From the human T2T-CHM13v2.0 reference genome, Homo sapiens: DNA of 64,000 bases. The position numbers were made by a program, and so were the translations under genes. Below are positions 30,074 to 44,745 of the stretch, piece after piece (the stretch's first letter is position 1; each line of letters opens with the position of its first letter). The notes beneath the pieces are model-generated. The model was not told where the DNA came from. It saw only the letters and a program-made list of their open reading frames with translations, and ran no database searches. The stretch is from assembly GCF_009914755.1 (NCBI RefSeq), contig NC_060938.1; one strand, written 5' to 3'.

Positions 30074-30449
30074 CAGGGTGTGCTTGTGCCGGCTCACAAG
30101 CAGACTATTACATTTTCAGGAATTTTGCAGATCAGTTGTTAAGCACAGCCATTATTAAAGATTAAATTATATTCAAAAACAGGTAATAAATACTCAAAAC
30201 TTTCTAACATTTTACTATACTTTATTGTTTTCTCTGCCGTTGAGGTTATTTCTGTGTGGTGCGTCTGTGTAGTAGAGCCTGTGTGACGATGTGCTATTGA
30301 TCTCTTCCCCACGGCATAGTCAGTGACTTCAGATTGGTAGTTTGAAATTGGCCATGACAGGCAGATTTACACCATGGAAATTGGCAAACACTGCCAATCG
30401 GGGCTTTTTATCCAGAGCAGTCGTTAAACATTTACACGTAGTGCACTAC
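30074..30449 (+). mobile_element. MER63B-like hAT DNA transposon relic
   Basis: cagggtgtgct..ttttcaggaattttg..atttacaccatggaaattggcaaac..gttaaacattta..cactactg. Confidence 0.75.
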
Positions 30450-32307
30450 TGTCCATAAGGGGCAGCATGGTCAGACTGCACTTTTAAAAGGTCTTGAGGG
30501 CAGGGGAACCAAGAGGCGTTCAAGTAAAGGAGTGAAGAATCAGAGCGTGACGTAGTTTAGCGACTTGGACCAGGACACGTTTGAAAGCCTAAGTACCTTA
30601 GAGGAGCCACTGGCTGACGTCCAGATGGCAGAAAGAAAGCCACCCCAAATCAGGCCCTCTCATTCAGTGCTGAGGAGCACGGTCTAGACGGCTGGTTCAA
30701 CTTTTAAACACATGGGAAAATAATCCCCACTGGGACACAGCCCCGCCGCCCTGGATCCCAGCCTGCCCCAGGGTGTCTGTCTGCTGCTTCTGCCACCCTG
30801 CAGCTGCGCAAATGTTTGGGGAAGGGTCCTATCTGGAGGGGCCTCCTTTCACCGCCCAGATGCAGCAGGGCAAGCCTGGGCAGCTGTGTTGGACACCAGC
30901 CCCACGCTGCCTCCGTTGCCTTCATTCTCAGATGAGGAGGATGCAGGGAAACAGGGCAGGGGTGGGGGATGGGGGAGGGACAGAAGGCGAGGACTGCAGT
31001 TTTGGGGCATTTTCAACATCATTAGCCACGTCGAGTAGACGGCCGGAGGTGGGTGGGAGAGGTATTTGGGCATTGCTGGCACGCACGTAGGAGCTCCACA
31101 GGGGCCAGTGTAGGTAAAGGGAAGAACTGAGGTCGGAGAGGAGCTGAGAACATGTGGTGGGGGCATCGGTGGAGGCAAAGGGCCCCCCAAAACAGCTCGC
31201 TCCCTGGCTGGAGATGCTGTGCCAAACAGAAAGAGGAGGAGGACTTCATCGGAGGAGGCCAAGCTAGTGCCACCTAGCAGTGCCCTACACTTAGGTTCCA
31301 AAAGCTTGGTGTCTTGGGTTCTCAGGCACCATAGGCCACAGTGCTCACATATAAAGGGTATATGGAGGTTAAAAAAAAAAGCCTCTGTGACCAAACGGTC
31401 TCCTCACCAACACACAGCTCACAGCTGAGTTCTGCCTTAAATGCAATGAGGTCTGCCTGACCCCATAATCTCACATTGGCCCCAACTGGCCAACACCAGC
31501 CACCACGACCAATCCAGAACCTTTGCTAGACCAGCTGAGGCTGCAGGAGAGAGGTCCTGGCTTCAGCGAGAAGGAAATGAAGGATACATCAGCCCAAGAT
31601 ATATCCTAGGTGGACCAGCCAGGTCACCTAGGCCCTGCCTATAGCCCAGGCCGGCACACGGGACCTGTCCCTCTTCCTGTTGGTCAGCACAGGGATCCAG
31701 GAAGCGAGAAGTGGGGAGGTGGGGCCTTTTATGCAGTGACTGTGCCCACCGACCACACCTGCTGGCCACGCCTACTGCTAAACGCAGCCCAAACAGTGAC
31801 TCAGCTTCCACCAATCCAATCAGCATCCGTTCCTCCATGGGAGGTGTTTGGAGAGGGAGTAGGCTCAGAGATGAGCTGAGGTCTGGAAGACTCCTCTCCA
31901 ACAAACATCTCAGGGGAACCCAAACACCAAGAGGCAGGAGCACAGCTGCTCTGGCCAAAGGGAGGGCCTCAAGCCCACTTAGTCTTCACCTCACTAGGAG
32001 CCAGGGCACACTGCCTGTGAGAATGCTGGGAGCCCACTCACTCCTTAAAACCACACTGTGAGGCCAGATTCACTACCCTTCTTGTACAGAAGAAGAGACT
32101 GAGGTTCAGAGAGGCCCACTATACACCCAATGGCACACAGCTGTTGGGTAGCAGCCTCACTGGCCTCCTTCACTGGGCTTGTCCCCCTCCAGTGACTGCC
32201 TGGTTAGGGACACCAGGCATGAGGCTAGGACAGGCACCCCATGGATCAGCTCCACCTGCCTCTCAATGGCTCACCCAAAAAGATACCAGTAACTCAAAGG
32301 AAGGGGG

Positions 32308-32540
32308 TGCTGTGGTCTGAATGTGTTCCCCCAACATTTATGTGTTGAAATCCTAACTCCCAGGCGATGGTATTAAGAGGAAATTGGTACCAAGTGGGGG
32401 TGCTACTGTAACAAGTACCTAAAAATGTGGAAGCAGCTTTGGAACTGGAAGAGTTTGGGGGTACCTGCCAGAAAACGCCTACATTGCCATGAATGAACCA
32501 TTAAGGGTGATTCTGGGGAGGGCTCAGAAAGACAAGAGAC
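32308..32540 (+). mobile_element. MaLR LTR stub fused to MaLR internal 5' fragment
   Basis: tgctgtggtctgaatgtg.. joined to aaattggtacc..aaaatgtggaagcagctttggaactgg. Confidence 0.65.
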
Positions 32541-33208
32541 TTGGAATCCCACAGACCATGTTCCCCGGGGCCGCCTGTCCACCCCCCTCACTCAACCACC
32601 GGGCCATCCAGTGCTGGGGATGAGGAAACAGCCGGGCCCCTGCCTGCCTGTGGAGGCCCCATCTGGTCATCTGCTGTCACCCATGACGAAGTGCAAGGAG
32701 GTCTATGTTTGAATGTCCCAGAGGCCAGCCCAGCCACTCCACTGAGAATTTCACCCCTCCCAGGCGTCACCTCCCTTCCCAGCTTCATGTAGCTCCAGGA
32801 CACAGGAAACAGCATTCCTCCTTTACCCTGTTGCCTCCACCCTCCACCACAACACAGACACCAGGCAGGCTCTTTCCAGCACTGTGTTCCCTGCAGAACC
32901 CCCTGCCACAGACCCACACTCATTCCCTGAAGGGAGGGAGGCAGGCAGAAGGGTGGCAGGAGGACCCCCCTGCACAGAGCTGCTGCCCCAGCTGCACGGC
33001 CAGAGAAGGGGGGCAGCCAGTGTGGGGAGGGGTGGCAGTCAAAGGAGTGCCACAGGGGAGCAGCAGCTGGGGCTGGGTCTAGACACTCAACAGAGGTTGA
33101 CTGGAAGCTTCCACTGTGGCTAAGGGACAGCCACTCCTGCCTTGTCCCCTCACAGGTCAAGTCCTCAGAGGAAACACAGAGGACAGAACTCAGCACTTCC
33201 CAACTGCA

Positions 33209-35272
33209 ATCTCACCCCACCCAGCGAGATCTCACCCCACCCAGCGAGATCTCACCCGACCCACCGATATCTCACCCCACCCACCGAGATCTCACCCCAC
33301 CGAGATCTCACCCCACCGAGATCTCACCCCACCCACCATCATCTCTCCCCACCCACCGTCATCTCACCCCACCCACCGTCATCTCTCCCCACCCACCGTC
33401 ATCTCACCCCACCCACCGTCATCTCACCCCACCCACCATCTCTCCCCCCCCACCGTCATCTCCCCCCCACCCACCATCTCTCCCCACCCACCGTCATCTC
33501 TCCCCACCCACCGTCATCTCTCCCCACCCACCGTCATCTCACCCCACCCACTGTCATCTCACCCCACCGAGATCTCACCCCACCCACTGTCATCTCACCC
33601 CACCCACTGTCATCTCACCCCACCCACCGAGATCTCACCCCACCCACCATCATCTCTCCCCACCCACCGTCATCTCATCCCACCCACCGTCATCTCTCCC
33701 CACCCACCGTCATCTCATCCCACCCACCGTCATCTCTCCCCACCCACCGTCATCTCATCCCACCCACCGTCATCTCTCCCCACCCACTGTCATCTCTCCC
33801 CACCCACCGTCATCTCACCCCACCCACCGTCATCTCACCCCACCCACTGTCATCTCTCCCCACCCACTGAGATCTCACCCCACCCGCCGTCATCTCACCC
33901 CACCCACTGTCATCTCTCCCCACCCACCAAGATCTCACCCCACCCACCGAGATCTCACCCCACCCACCGTCATTTCTCCCCACCCACTGTCATCTCTCCC
34001 GACCCACCGTCATCTCACCCCACCCACCGTCATCTCATCCCACCCACCGTCATCTCACCCCACCGTCATCTCACCCCACCCACCGTCATCTCACCCCACT
34101 GTCATCTCACCCCACCCACCATCATCTCACCCCACCCACCGTCATCTCACCCCACCCACCGTCATCTCTCCCCACCCACCGTCATCTCACCCCACCCACC
34201 GCCATCTCACCCCACCCACCGTCATCTCTCCCCACCCACCGTCATCTCACCCCACCCACCGTCATCTCTCCCCACCCACCAAGATCTCACCCCACCCACC
34301 GTCATCTCTCCCCACCGTCATCTCACCCCACCCACCGTCATCTCACCCCACCCACCGTCATCTCTCCCCACCCACCGAGATCTCACCCCACCCACCGTCA
34401 TCTCACCCCACCCACCGTCATCTCACCCCACCCACCGTCATCTCCCCCCACCCACTGTCATCTCTCCCCACCCACTGTCATCTCACCCCACCGAGATCTC
34501 TCCCCACCCACCGTCATCTCTCCCAACCCACTGTCATCTCACCCCACCCACTGTCATCTCACCCGAGATCTCACCCCACCCACCGTCATCTCCCCCCACC
34601 CACCGTCATCTCCCCCCACCCACTGTCATCTCTCCCAACCCACTGTCATCTCACCCGAGATCTCACCCCACCCACTGTCATCTCACCCCACCCACTGTCA
34701 TCTCACCCCACCCACTGTCATCTCTCCCCACCGTCATCTCACCCCACCCGCTGTCATCTCACCCCACCCACTGTCATCTCTCCCCACCCACTGTCATCTC
34801 ACCCCACCCACTGTCATCTCTCCCCACCCACTGTCATCTCACCCCACCCACTGTCATCTCACCCCACCCACCGTCATCTCTCCGGACCCACCGTCATCTC
34901 TCCCCACCCACCGTCATCTCATCCCACCCACCGTCATCTCTCCCCACCCACCGTCATCTCCCCCCACCCACCGTCATCTCCCCCCACCCACTGTCATCTC
35001 TCCCCACCCACCGTCATCTCACCCCACCCACCGTCATCTCACCCCACCCACCGTCATCTCACCCCACCCACTGTCATCCCACCCCACCCACTGTCATCTC
35101 ACCCGAGATCTCACCCCACCCACTGTCATCTCACCCCACCCGCTGTCATCTCACCCCACCCACCGTCATCTCACCCCACCCACTGTCATCTCACCCCACC
35201 GAGATCTCACCCCACCCACCGTCATCTCTCCCCACCCACTGTCATCTCACCCCACCCACTGAGATCTCACCC
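33209..35272. repeat. C-rich minisatellite (VNTR), 20-bp unit CCCACCCAC(C/T)GTCATCTC(A/T)C, roughly 100 copies with 16- and 12-bp variants
   Basis: Seen directly. Confidence 0.98.
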
Positions 35273-35473
35273 AAGTATAATCTTGCAGCACCGCTTTTCT
35301 TTCTAATGTCTTGACAAGCAGGTGAGAAGATGCTGAGTGTTCTTGGTCCATTGCTGTGGCTACAAAGGCTGGTTCTAGTGTCTCACTGGCTGTCTCCTGC
35401 TCAAGCATGGTTTTAGCAGTTCCCTTCTTATCCCGGGCCATACTAGACCTACTGTCTTCCCTGGCTTGCACTA

Positions 35474-35885
35474 TGCTATGGTTTGAATGTTTGTCTCCTT
35501 CCTCATGTTGAAATTTAACCCCCAATGTGGCAGTATTGGGAGGTGGGGCCTTTAAGAGGTGATTATGTCATATGTCCCCTTCCCTCATGAGTAGATTACT
35601 CCATTCAGCGAGTAATGGGCTAATGGATGTTCTTGGGAGTAGGACTTGTGGCTCTATAACAAGGAGAGAGAACTGAGCTTGCACACTCAGCCCCTCATCT
35701 TGTGATGCCCTGGGCTGCCTTGGGACTTTGCAGAAAGTCCCTGCTAGCATGAAGGCCCTCACCAGATGCAGCCTCTCAACCTTGGACTTCCCAGCCTTCA
35801 GGACTGTAAGAAATAAATCTTGTTTCTTTATTAATTACCCAGTTTCAGGTATTCTGTTATAAGCCACAGTAAATGGACTAAGACA
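35474..35885 (+). mobile_element. MSTC/D-type MaLR LTR
   Basis: tgctatggtttgaatg..aataaa..ggactaagaca. Confidence 0.8.
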
Positions 35886-36236
35886 GGCTGTGGTAACAAA
35901 CTACCATTAAATGGGTGGCTTAAATAACAGATTTATTTCTTAGAGTTCTAGGGTCTGGGGAGTCCAAGATCAAGGTGCTGGTAGATCCCCTGTCTGATAC
36001 GAGCTCACTTCCAGGTTTGTAGATAGCCACCTTCTCATTGTGTCCTACATGGCAGACAGCAGACAGAGGAGGAGCAAACTCCACTGTCTCTTCGTATAAG
36101 GGCACTAATCCCATTCATGAGGGCCACACCCTCATGACCTAATTACATCCCAAAGGCCCACCTCTGAATATCCTTGTGTTGAAGGTTAGGAATTCAACAC
36201 ATGAATTTGGGGGAGACAAACGTTTAGTCCATAACA
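35886..36236 (-). mobile_element. MLT1A-type MaLR LTR
   Basis: ..gggagtccaagatcaaggtg..ggcactaatcccattcatgagg..gtccataaca. Confidence 0.8.
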
Positions 36237-36249
36237 CCTATAACAACCA

Positions 36250-36915
<666 letters not shown>

Positions 36916-37177
36916 GTCCAGAGGATTCTGAGCCTTTGGCGCCAGTGCTTGGATCATCTGAGTTGTAGGCGCCCTCCCCTCATGCGTGCACAAGCAGTGA
37001 AGATCTTGATCTCACTCTTGGGTCGATGAGTTAAATGTGTGTGATACTACAGAGGGAGGCAGGCAGCCCAGGTGTTGCAGGGCTGTGAGTGGAAGCTTCG
37101 GGGGCATCTGCTTCTCTGTCTTGCAGGTCTTCAAGTGATTGTCCGGGAAAGTCTGGGGAGAGGTGGGGATACTGCAG

Positions 37178-37682
37178 TTGCAAACCCCAGTGCTGGAGGT
37201 GGGGCCTGGTGGGAGGTGACTGGATCTTGGGGCGGTTTCTCATGGTTTAACACCACCCACCTTGGTGCTCCTGCTTGGCCTCAGCCATAAGTCAAAGATC
37301 CCCAAGGCCTCCCCAGAGGCAGATGCTGCCATGCTTCCTGTATAGCCTGTGGAACCACGAGCCAATGACACCTGCTTCCTTTATAAATTACCCAGTCTCA
37401 GGTATTTCTTTATAGCAGTGCAAGAACGGACTACAGCACTCCAGTGCCGGCCTCTCTCCAAGGGCAGCTCCACTTCCAGCCTCCACTCTTGGGTCATCTG
37501 GGACCTGTGGACATTCACCCCAAGCGAAGCCAAGAGTCCCCTTTGGGATGAATAAATCCAATGGCTGACCAGGTGGTGACCTCCAGGCCTGGCAAAGCTG
37601 CCTCCCACGAAGCCCTATCTCCATATTGAGGATTGCAATTCCACATGAGATTTGGGCGGAGACAAAGATCCAAACCATATCA
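37178..37682. mobile_element. Two MSTA/B LTR fragments in opposite orientation (37178-37434 +, 37601-37682 -)
   Basis: The + piece lacks the LTR 5' end; the - piece is only the LTR 5' end. Confidence 0.7.
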
Positions 37683-38796
37683 TGGGTCAGAAACCTGAGT
37701 ATGGAACAGGACGTGGCCAGTGAGGGCCGGTGGGGGGCAGCATGGAGAGTCACACTGGTGAGAACTCATCAAGGTCTGTCCACTGGGTCTGAGCAACACC
37801 CCCTGACCTGCCTGCCCCACCCCAAGCCAAGACGCCAACTGGAGGCTGCATCCCCTCCACTGCTGGCTGCAGTGTTGAAGATTGGGAGGCTCTCCCTCTT
37901 CCGCAGGCATAGAATTTCAAATTGACACAGACTGCAGTGGAACCGCTGACCCAGCACTAACCTCACCCATCCCAGCCCCTCGGCAGGCCTGCCAGCGGGT
38001 AGCTTCCTGCCCCAGTCACCCCTGCAGGACACCAGCTCTCCATTCCTCTGGCACCCGTGTCAACCTCTCGTTCCCACAGTGGCTGCCTTGGCTCATGCCT
38101 TCACATGTTTCTCCCTTGCACTCTCCCAGGCCCCTGACCCATCTCTGCACCTCTCAGCTCTCCTGCCGCTGCACCTGCCCACATTCCCGAGTCAGAGCCC
38201 CCTGCTGCGCACCGCCACCTGGGCAGCCTCTCAACAGGAGAGTTTAACCGACACCCAGCTCTGGGTGCACTCCTCAGCAGAGCCACCCTTGGCTCCCAGA
38301 ATGCCCACCCTGTGACCCCTCTTCGGCTGGACTGCAAGGAGTCTCTGTGCCAACAAGGAAAAGGCGCCCCTGCTGGCTGCAGGACATGGGCTGTGGAGGG
38401 AAGTGTCTGACCCAGACAGTGCCCAGTTGTAATTATCTCATAACCCGCAGTCTTTACTTGTCTGACTTCCTTTTTAGACCATGGGAACTGCCAGGGCAGA
38501 TCCCTAGACGCTCAATAAATGCATCTTTACTTAGAATGCACAGGTGCAGTTATCCAGCGGGCGCAGTGGAAGTGGGGATGCAGGAGGTGCCTGTGAATGG
38601 GCAGCCGGGGAGATTCTAATGTGGGCAGAGAGCGGAGAGGACCTGGGAAGGAAGGGAGGGGCCGCGGCACTGGGAGTCACAGGCCAGGCTGTCGCTTTGA
38701 GGGTCTGCACAGAGGGCAGGACCAGAGGAGACCACCCTGGGACTGCACAGAGCCGGCTTGAGGGTCCAGCCCCTTAAAGACAATCCTCTAGAGGCT

Positions 38797-40361
<1,565 letters not shown>

Positions 40362-40812
40362 AAGGAAAGGAAAGGAGAGGGGAGGAGAGGGGAGGAGAGG
40401 GGAGAGGAGGAGAGGGGAGGGGAGGGAAGGGGAAGGGAGGGGAGGAGGGGGAGGGCAGGGGAGCAGGGAAGGAGAAGGAAGGGGAAGGGAGGGGAGGAGA
40501 GGGAGGGGAGGAGGGGGAGGGGAGGGGAAGGGAGGAGAGGGGAGGGAGGGGAGGAGAAGGGAGGGGAGGGGAGGGACCTAAGGAGGCATGTCACCTGAAT
40601 GTCACGTGGAGTCCTGAGTAGAATCGTGGAACAGGAAGACGACATTAGGGAAAAACTAAGGGAATCTGAATAAAAGGTGGATTTAATATGTCAAAAATGG
40701 TGCTATAATGGTGACAAATGTACCATATGCTGTGAGGGGAGAGGGGGGAGAGGAGGGAAGGGAAGGGGAGGGGAGGGGAGGGGAGGGGAGGGGAGGGGAG
40801 GGGAGTAGGAAG
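40362..40812. repeat. (GGGGA/GGAGA)n polypurine tract split by a 160-bp insert at 40577-40736
   Basis: Seen directly; the insert matches 41821-41980. Confidence 0.95.
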
Positions 40813-41060
40813 GATTCTTAGCTCAAGAACTGAATAGGCCAAGCATAGATCTGGGCGCAGCAGTCTCCAGGGCTCTTCGGGCCCCACGTCTGTCTGTTTC
40901 TACGAATGCCTCTCCCAGCGGCCCTTTCCTCCCTGGGTTCTGTCCTGGAGTGACTCTCCAGCTGTGTGCCTGTCCGCTCAACAACTTCCATAGACAGGAA
41001 GCACTCCCTCCAGAAGCTCAGGGCTGTGTTGAGAGACTCACAGAGGCCAAGCAGCAGCTT

Positions 41061-41215
41061 ACACAGGACACAGTGACAAGAGGACACAGTGACAATGAGA
41101 CACAGGACACAGGACACAGTGACGACAGGACACAGTGACAACAGGGCACAGGACACAGAGATGATGGGACACAGGACACAGGGATGACGGGACACAGGAC
41201 ACAGTGGATCACAGG
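41061..41215. repeat. Degenerate short tandem repeat built from GGACACA and GTGAC(A/G) units
   Basis: Seen directly. Confidence 0.85.
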
Positions 41216-42085
41216 GGCCAGACATGAAACAGGGAACTCAGAAGGAACCCACAGAGATGACGAAGGACCCAGGAGGCCCCTGAAGGAGCTCTCAACGGCC
41301 TAGGCTGGGACAATTGGAGCCACAAAATAAAACAGTACTGGGTTATGACCCAAAGCAGAAAACAAATGTCCTTGAGTCTGTGGGGATACAGATCAATGAC
41401 TGGATAAACACCTGAAGAGGGGAGAGGAGGTGAATCTCCCGCAGAAGAATTCCACCTAATGTATGCAGAAACACCTCCCTCAAGGAGGAGCAGCAGAACT
41501 CCCAGCTCGGGAGCGTGGGCTGCACTGACAGACGCATCCCAAGAGGACAGCACAGGGGCAGGCCAGGGGGAGGAGCTCCGTTTTTATTTTCAGGGGAAAC
41601 CCTATGAACATGATCTCCGCCAGGTGGTCAAGGCCAGAATCAACAGGGATAAGTGGCGTTGATGGCACGGACCCTTGACCTTGATGTGATGAAATGGCCT
41701 CCCATAACCCCAGTCTAACCATGAGAACATCAGACAAATCCCAACTGAGGGACATCTTACAAAGCACTCGGCCACTTATCCTCAAAACTGTCACATTCAA
41801 ACTGTCACCGTCAAGAGGAGCCTAGGGAGGCATGTCACCTGAATGTCACGTGGGGTCCTGAGTGGAATCGTGGAACAGGAAGAGGACATTAGGGAAAAAC
41901 TAAGGGAATGTGAATAAAGTGTGGACTTAAGGTGTCAATAACGGTGCCGTAATGGTGACAGCTGTACCACATGCTGCGAGATGTTCGCAATCAGGGAGGT
42001 CATGTGAGAGGTACGGAACGCTCTGTACTAGCTTCACAATGATTCTGTGCCTCTAGAGCCGTCCTAAAAGAAAACGTTTATTTAA
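41216..42085 (+). mobile_element. L1MC-type 3' region, unusually GC-shifted
   Basis: ccaggtggtcaaggcca..aaccccagtctaaccatgagaacatcagacaaatcccaactgagggacat..ggaacaggaagaggacattaggg. Confidence 0.75.
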
Positions 42086-42227
42086 CAGTATCAATTTTTT
42101 TTAAAGAGGGGGCCAGTTGGGGCCGAAAAGGAATGTTGGATACTCAAGAAATATGGATCTATTAAACCTCACATCAAAATACATTCTGAATTCCAGATGG
42201 ATGTAAGATCCAAACATATATATTTTT

Positions 42228-42781
<554 letters not shown>

Positions 42782-42798
42782 GAAATCATGAAGGCTTC

Positions 42799-43154
42799 AT
42801 GGCAGGAAAATAGGGTCTGGAGGCAGGGAACAGAAGGCCGATTCACACTTCAGCTATGACAGGAAACACCCTCTCCATAGGGCATACGCCTTAAATGACT
42901 GTGTAACTTTACTTTGATCTCTCCATTTACATCAGGAATACCCAAAGTAACCAGTGCAATCCTCTAGGGGGTATTTAAACTCCCAAAAATTCTGTAACTT
43001 GGCCCTTGAGCCCCTACGCTCAGGCCTGCCCCCACACTGTGGAGGGTTCTTCCGTTTTCAGTAAATCCCTTCCTTCCTTCCCTGCTTTGTTTGTGCGTTT
43101 TGTCCACTTCTTTGTTCAAGACACCAAGAACCTGGACACCTTCTACCGGTAATA
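42799..43154 (+). mobile_element. MER61A-like ERV1 solo LTR
   Basis: ggcaggaaaatagggtctggaggcaggg..ccaagaacctggacacc..ccggtaata. Confidence 0.75.
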
Positions 43155-43198
43155 AAGGTACTAAAGAGAAAATGGAGGTAAATACTTATATAATCTTA

Positions 43199-43372
<174 letters not shown>

Positions 43373-43469
43373 TCACTCCAAAGACAAAAACCACAAAAGA
43401 TAGCTTTAACTACAGAAAATACAATACTATACATATGGCCAATAAGAAAAATAAGATAGACACTAATAA

Positions 43470-43655
43470 AAATAGCAAATAATTATCTCATACTCGCTGT
43501 ATTCCAGGCCCTGTTATAAGTACTGTATTAACTCATTTAATTCCCACAACAAACCTACAAGGTACTGCAAAGGCTCTGGTAGGTGAAGCAATGCACCCAA
43601 AGCTACAGAGCTAGGAAGCGGTGGGGCAGTGTGGCTACGCCTGTGCCCTGAACCA
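43470..43655 (-). mobile_element. MIR fragment
   Basis: tatttaactcatttaattcccacaacaaacct..gaagcaatgcacccaaagctacagagct. Confidence 0.65.
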
Positions 43656-43994
43656 CAAAAGTAACAGGCACACGGCTGACTGGGGAAAACGTGAGAACAT
43701 TTTGTGAACCATATCCGAAAAGCAAAGATTATATCTTTATGACGGTAATATATATATGCACTCTTACCAATAAGAAAAAGACAAACATCTCAGTAGAAAA
43801 ACAGGCAAAGGAAGTCATTCGCAAAGGCAATCCACAAAGGAAGTCATTCAGTCAATGCTTGTAAAAAAAAAAAAAAAAAAAGTTCAACCTCAACAGTTAA
43901 CAAAGAGATGCAAATTAAAACGGACATCTTCCCACCCCATCAAGCTGACTCATGCCAAAGAAATCAGTCTCCGGTCGCCAGTCTACGTAAAGCG

Positions 43995-44375
43995 AGCCTG
44001 GCACGTTGGGTTCTTAGGGAGGTACCACAGGATGTTTACGAGGGGCTTGCCTCGGCATCGGTGGAAGGAGGAGAGAGAAGCAGGATTGGACGAGGGAGAA
44101 GGCAAACTTCCATGCAGACCCAGTGATAGCCCCAAAGACCAAACAGTAGCCTCCAAGCTAGAGTGGCCCCGGGAGACCTTCCTGACTCGGGCAGAGGTGG
44201 TCCCCACATTGAGGAGTCGTTGAATGCAGTTGCCCAGGAAGAGTCCCGGCTTTGGACAGGGTGGCTCTTTGCAGCTGAACAGTCTCTGAAGGGACTGAGA
44301 GTTGAAGGCACCCCAAGCAGCTGGGGTAACAAGTCCTTCCCGGAAGGGGGATCTAGGTGGCTCATCACAGTGAAG
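43995..44375 (-). mobile_element. LTR16A-like ERVL LTR
   Basis: gaagcaggattgg..cagctgggg(t)aacaagtccttcc..aagggggatct..catcacagtg. Confidence 0.65.
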
Positions 44376-44395
44376 ACATACAAAAATGTTTATTA

Positions 44396-44557
<162 letters not shown>

Positions 44558-44745
44558 TCACTAACATTAAAGAAATGCAAATCAAAACTACAATGAGATA
44601 CCAGCTCACATCCATTAAGATGTACCATAAAAAAAAAAAAAAAAAACACAGAAAATAAGTGTTGGGGAAGATGAGGAGAAATTGGACCCCTTGTACACTG
44701 TTGGTGGGAATTACAGAGGTGCAGCTGCTGTAGAAACAATATGGG

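Noticed and set aside
29346-30112. Direct repeats as a CRISPR array or as LTRs of a small element
   Set aside because: Only two copies, primate context, no TG..CA ends or TSD, and one copy is the native end of a MER63-like element.
33116-35314. 732-aa Pro/His/Ser/Thr-rich ORF resembling a mucin or extensin
   Set aside because: It starts at GTG and lies almost wholly in the VNTR, whose C-rich strand nearly lacks stop codons in all frames; the 20-bp unit is not a multiple of 3, so the peptide cycles through frames.
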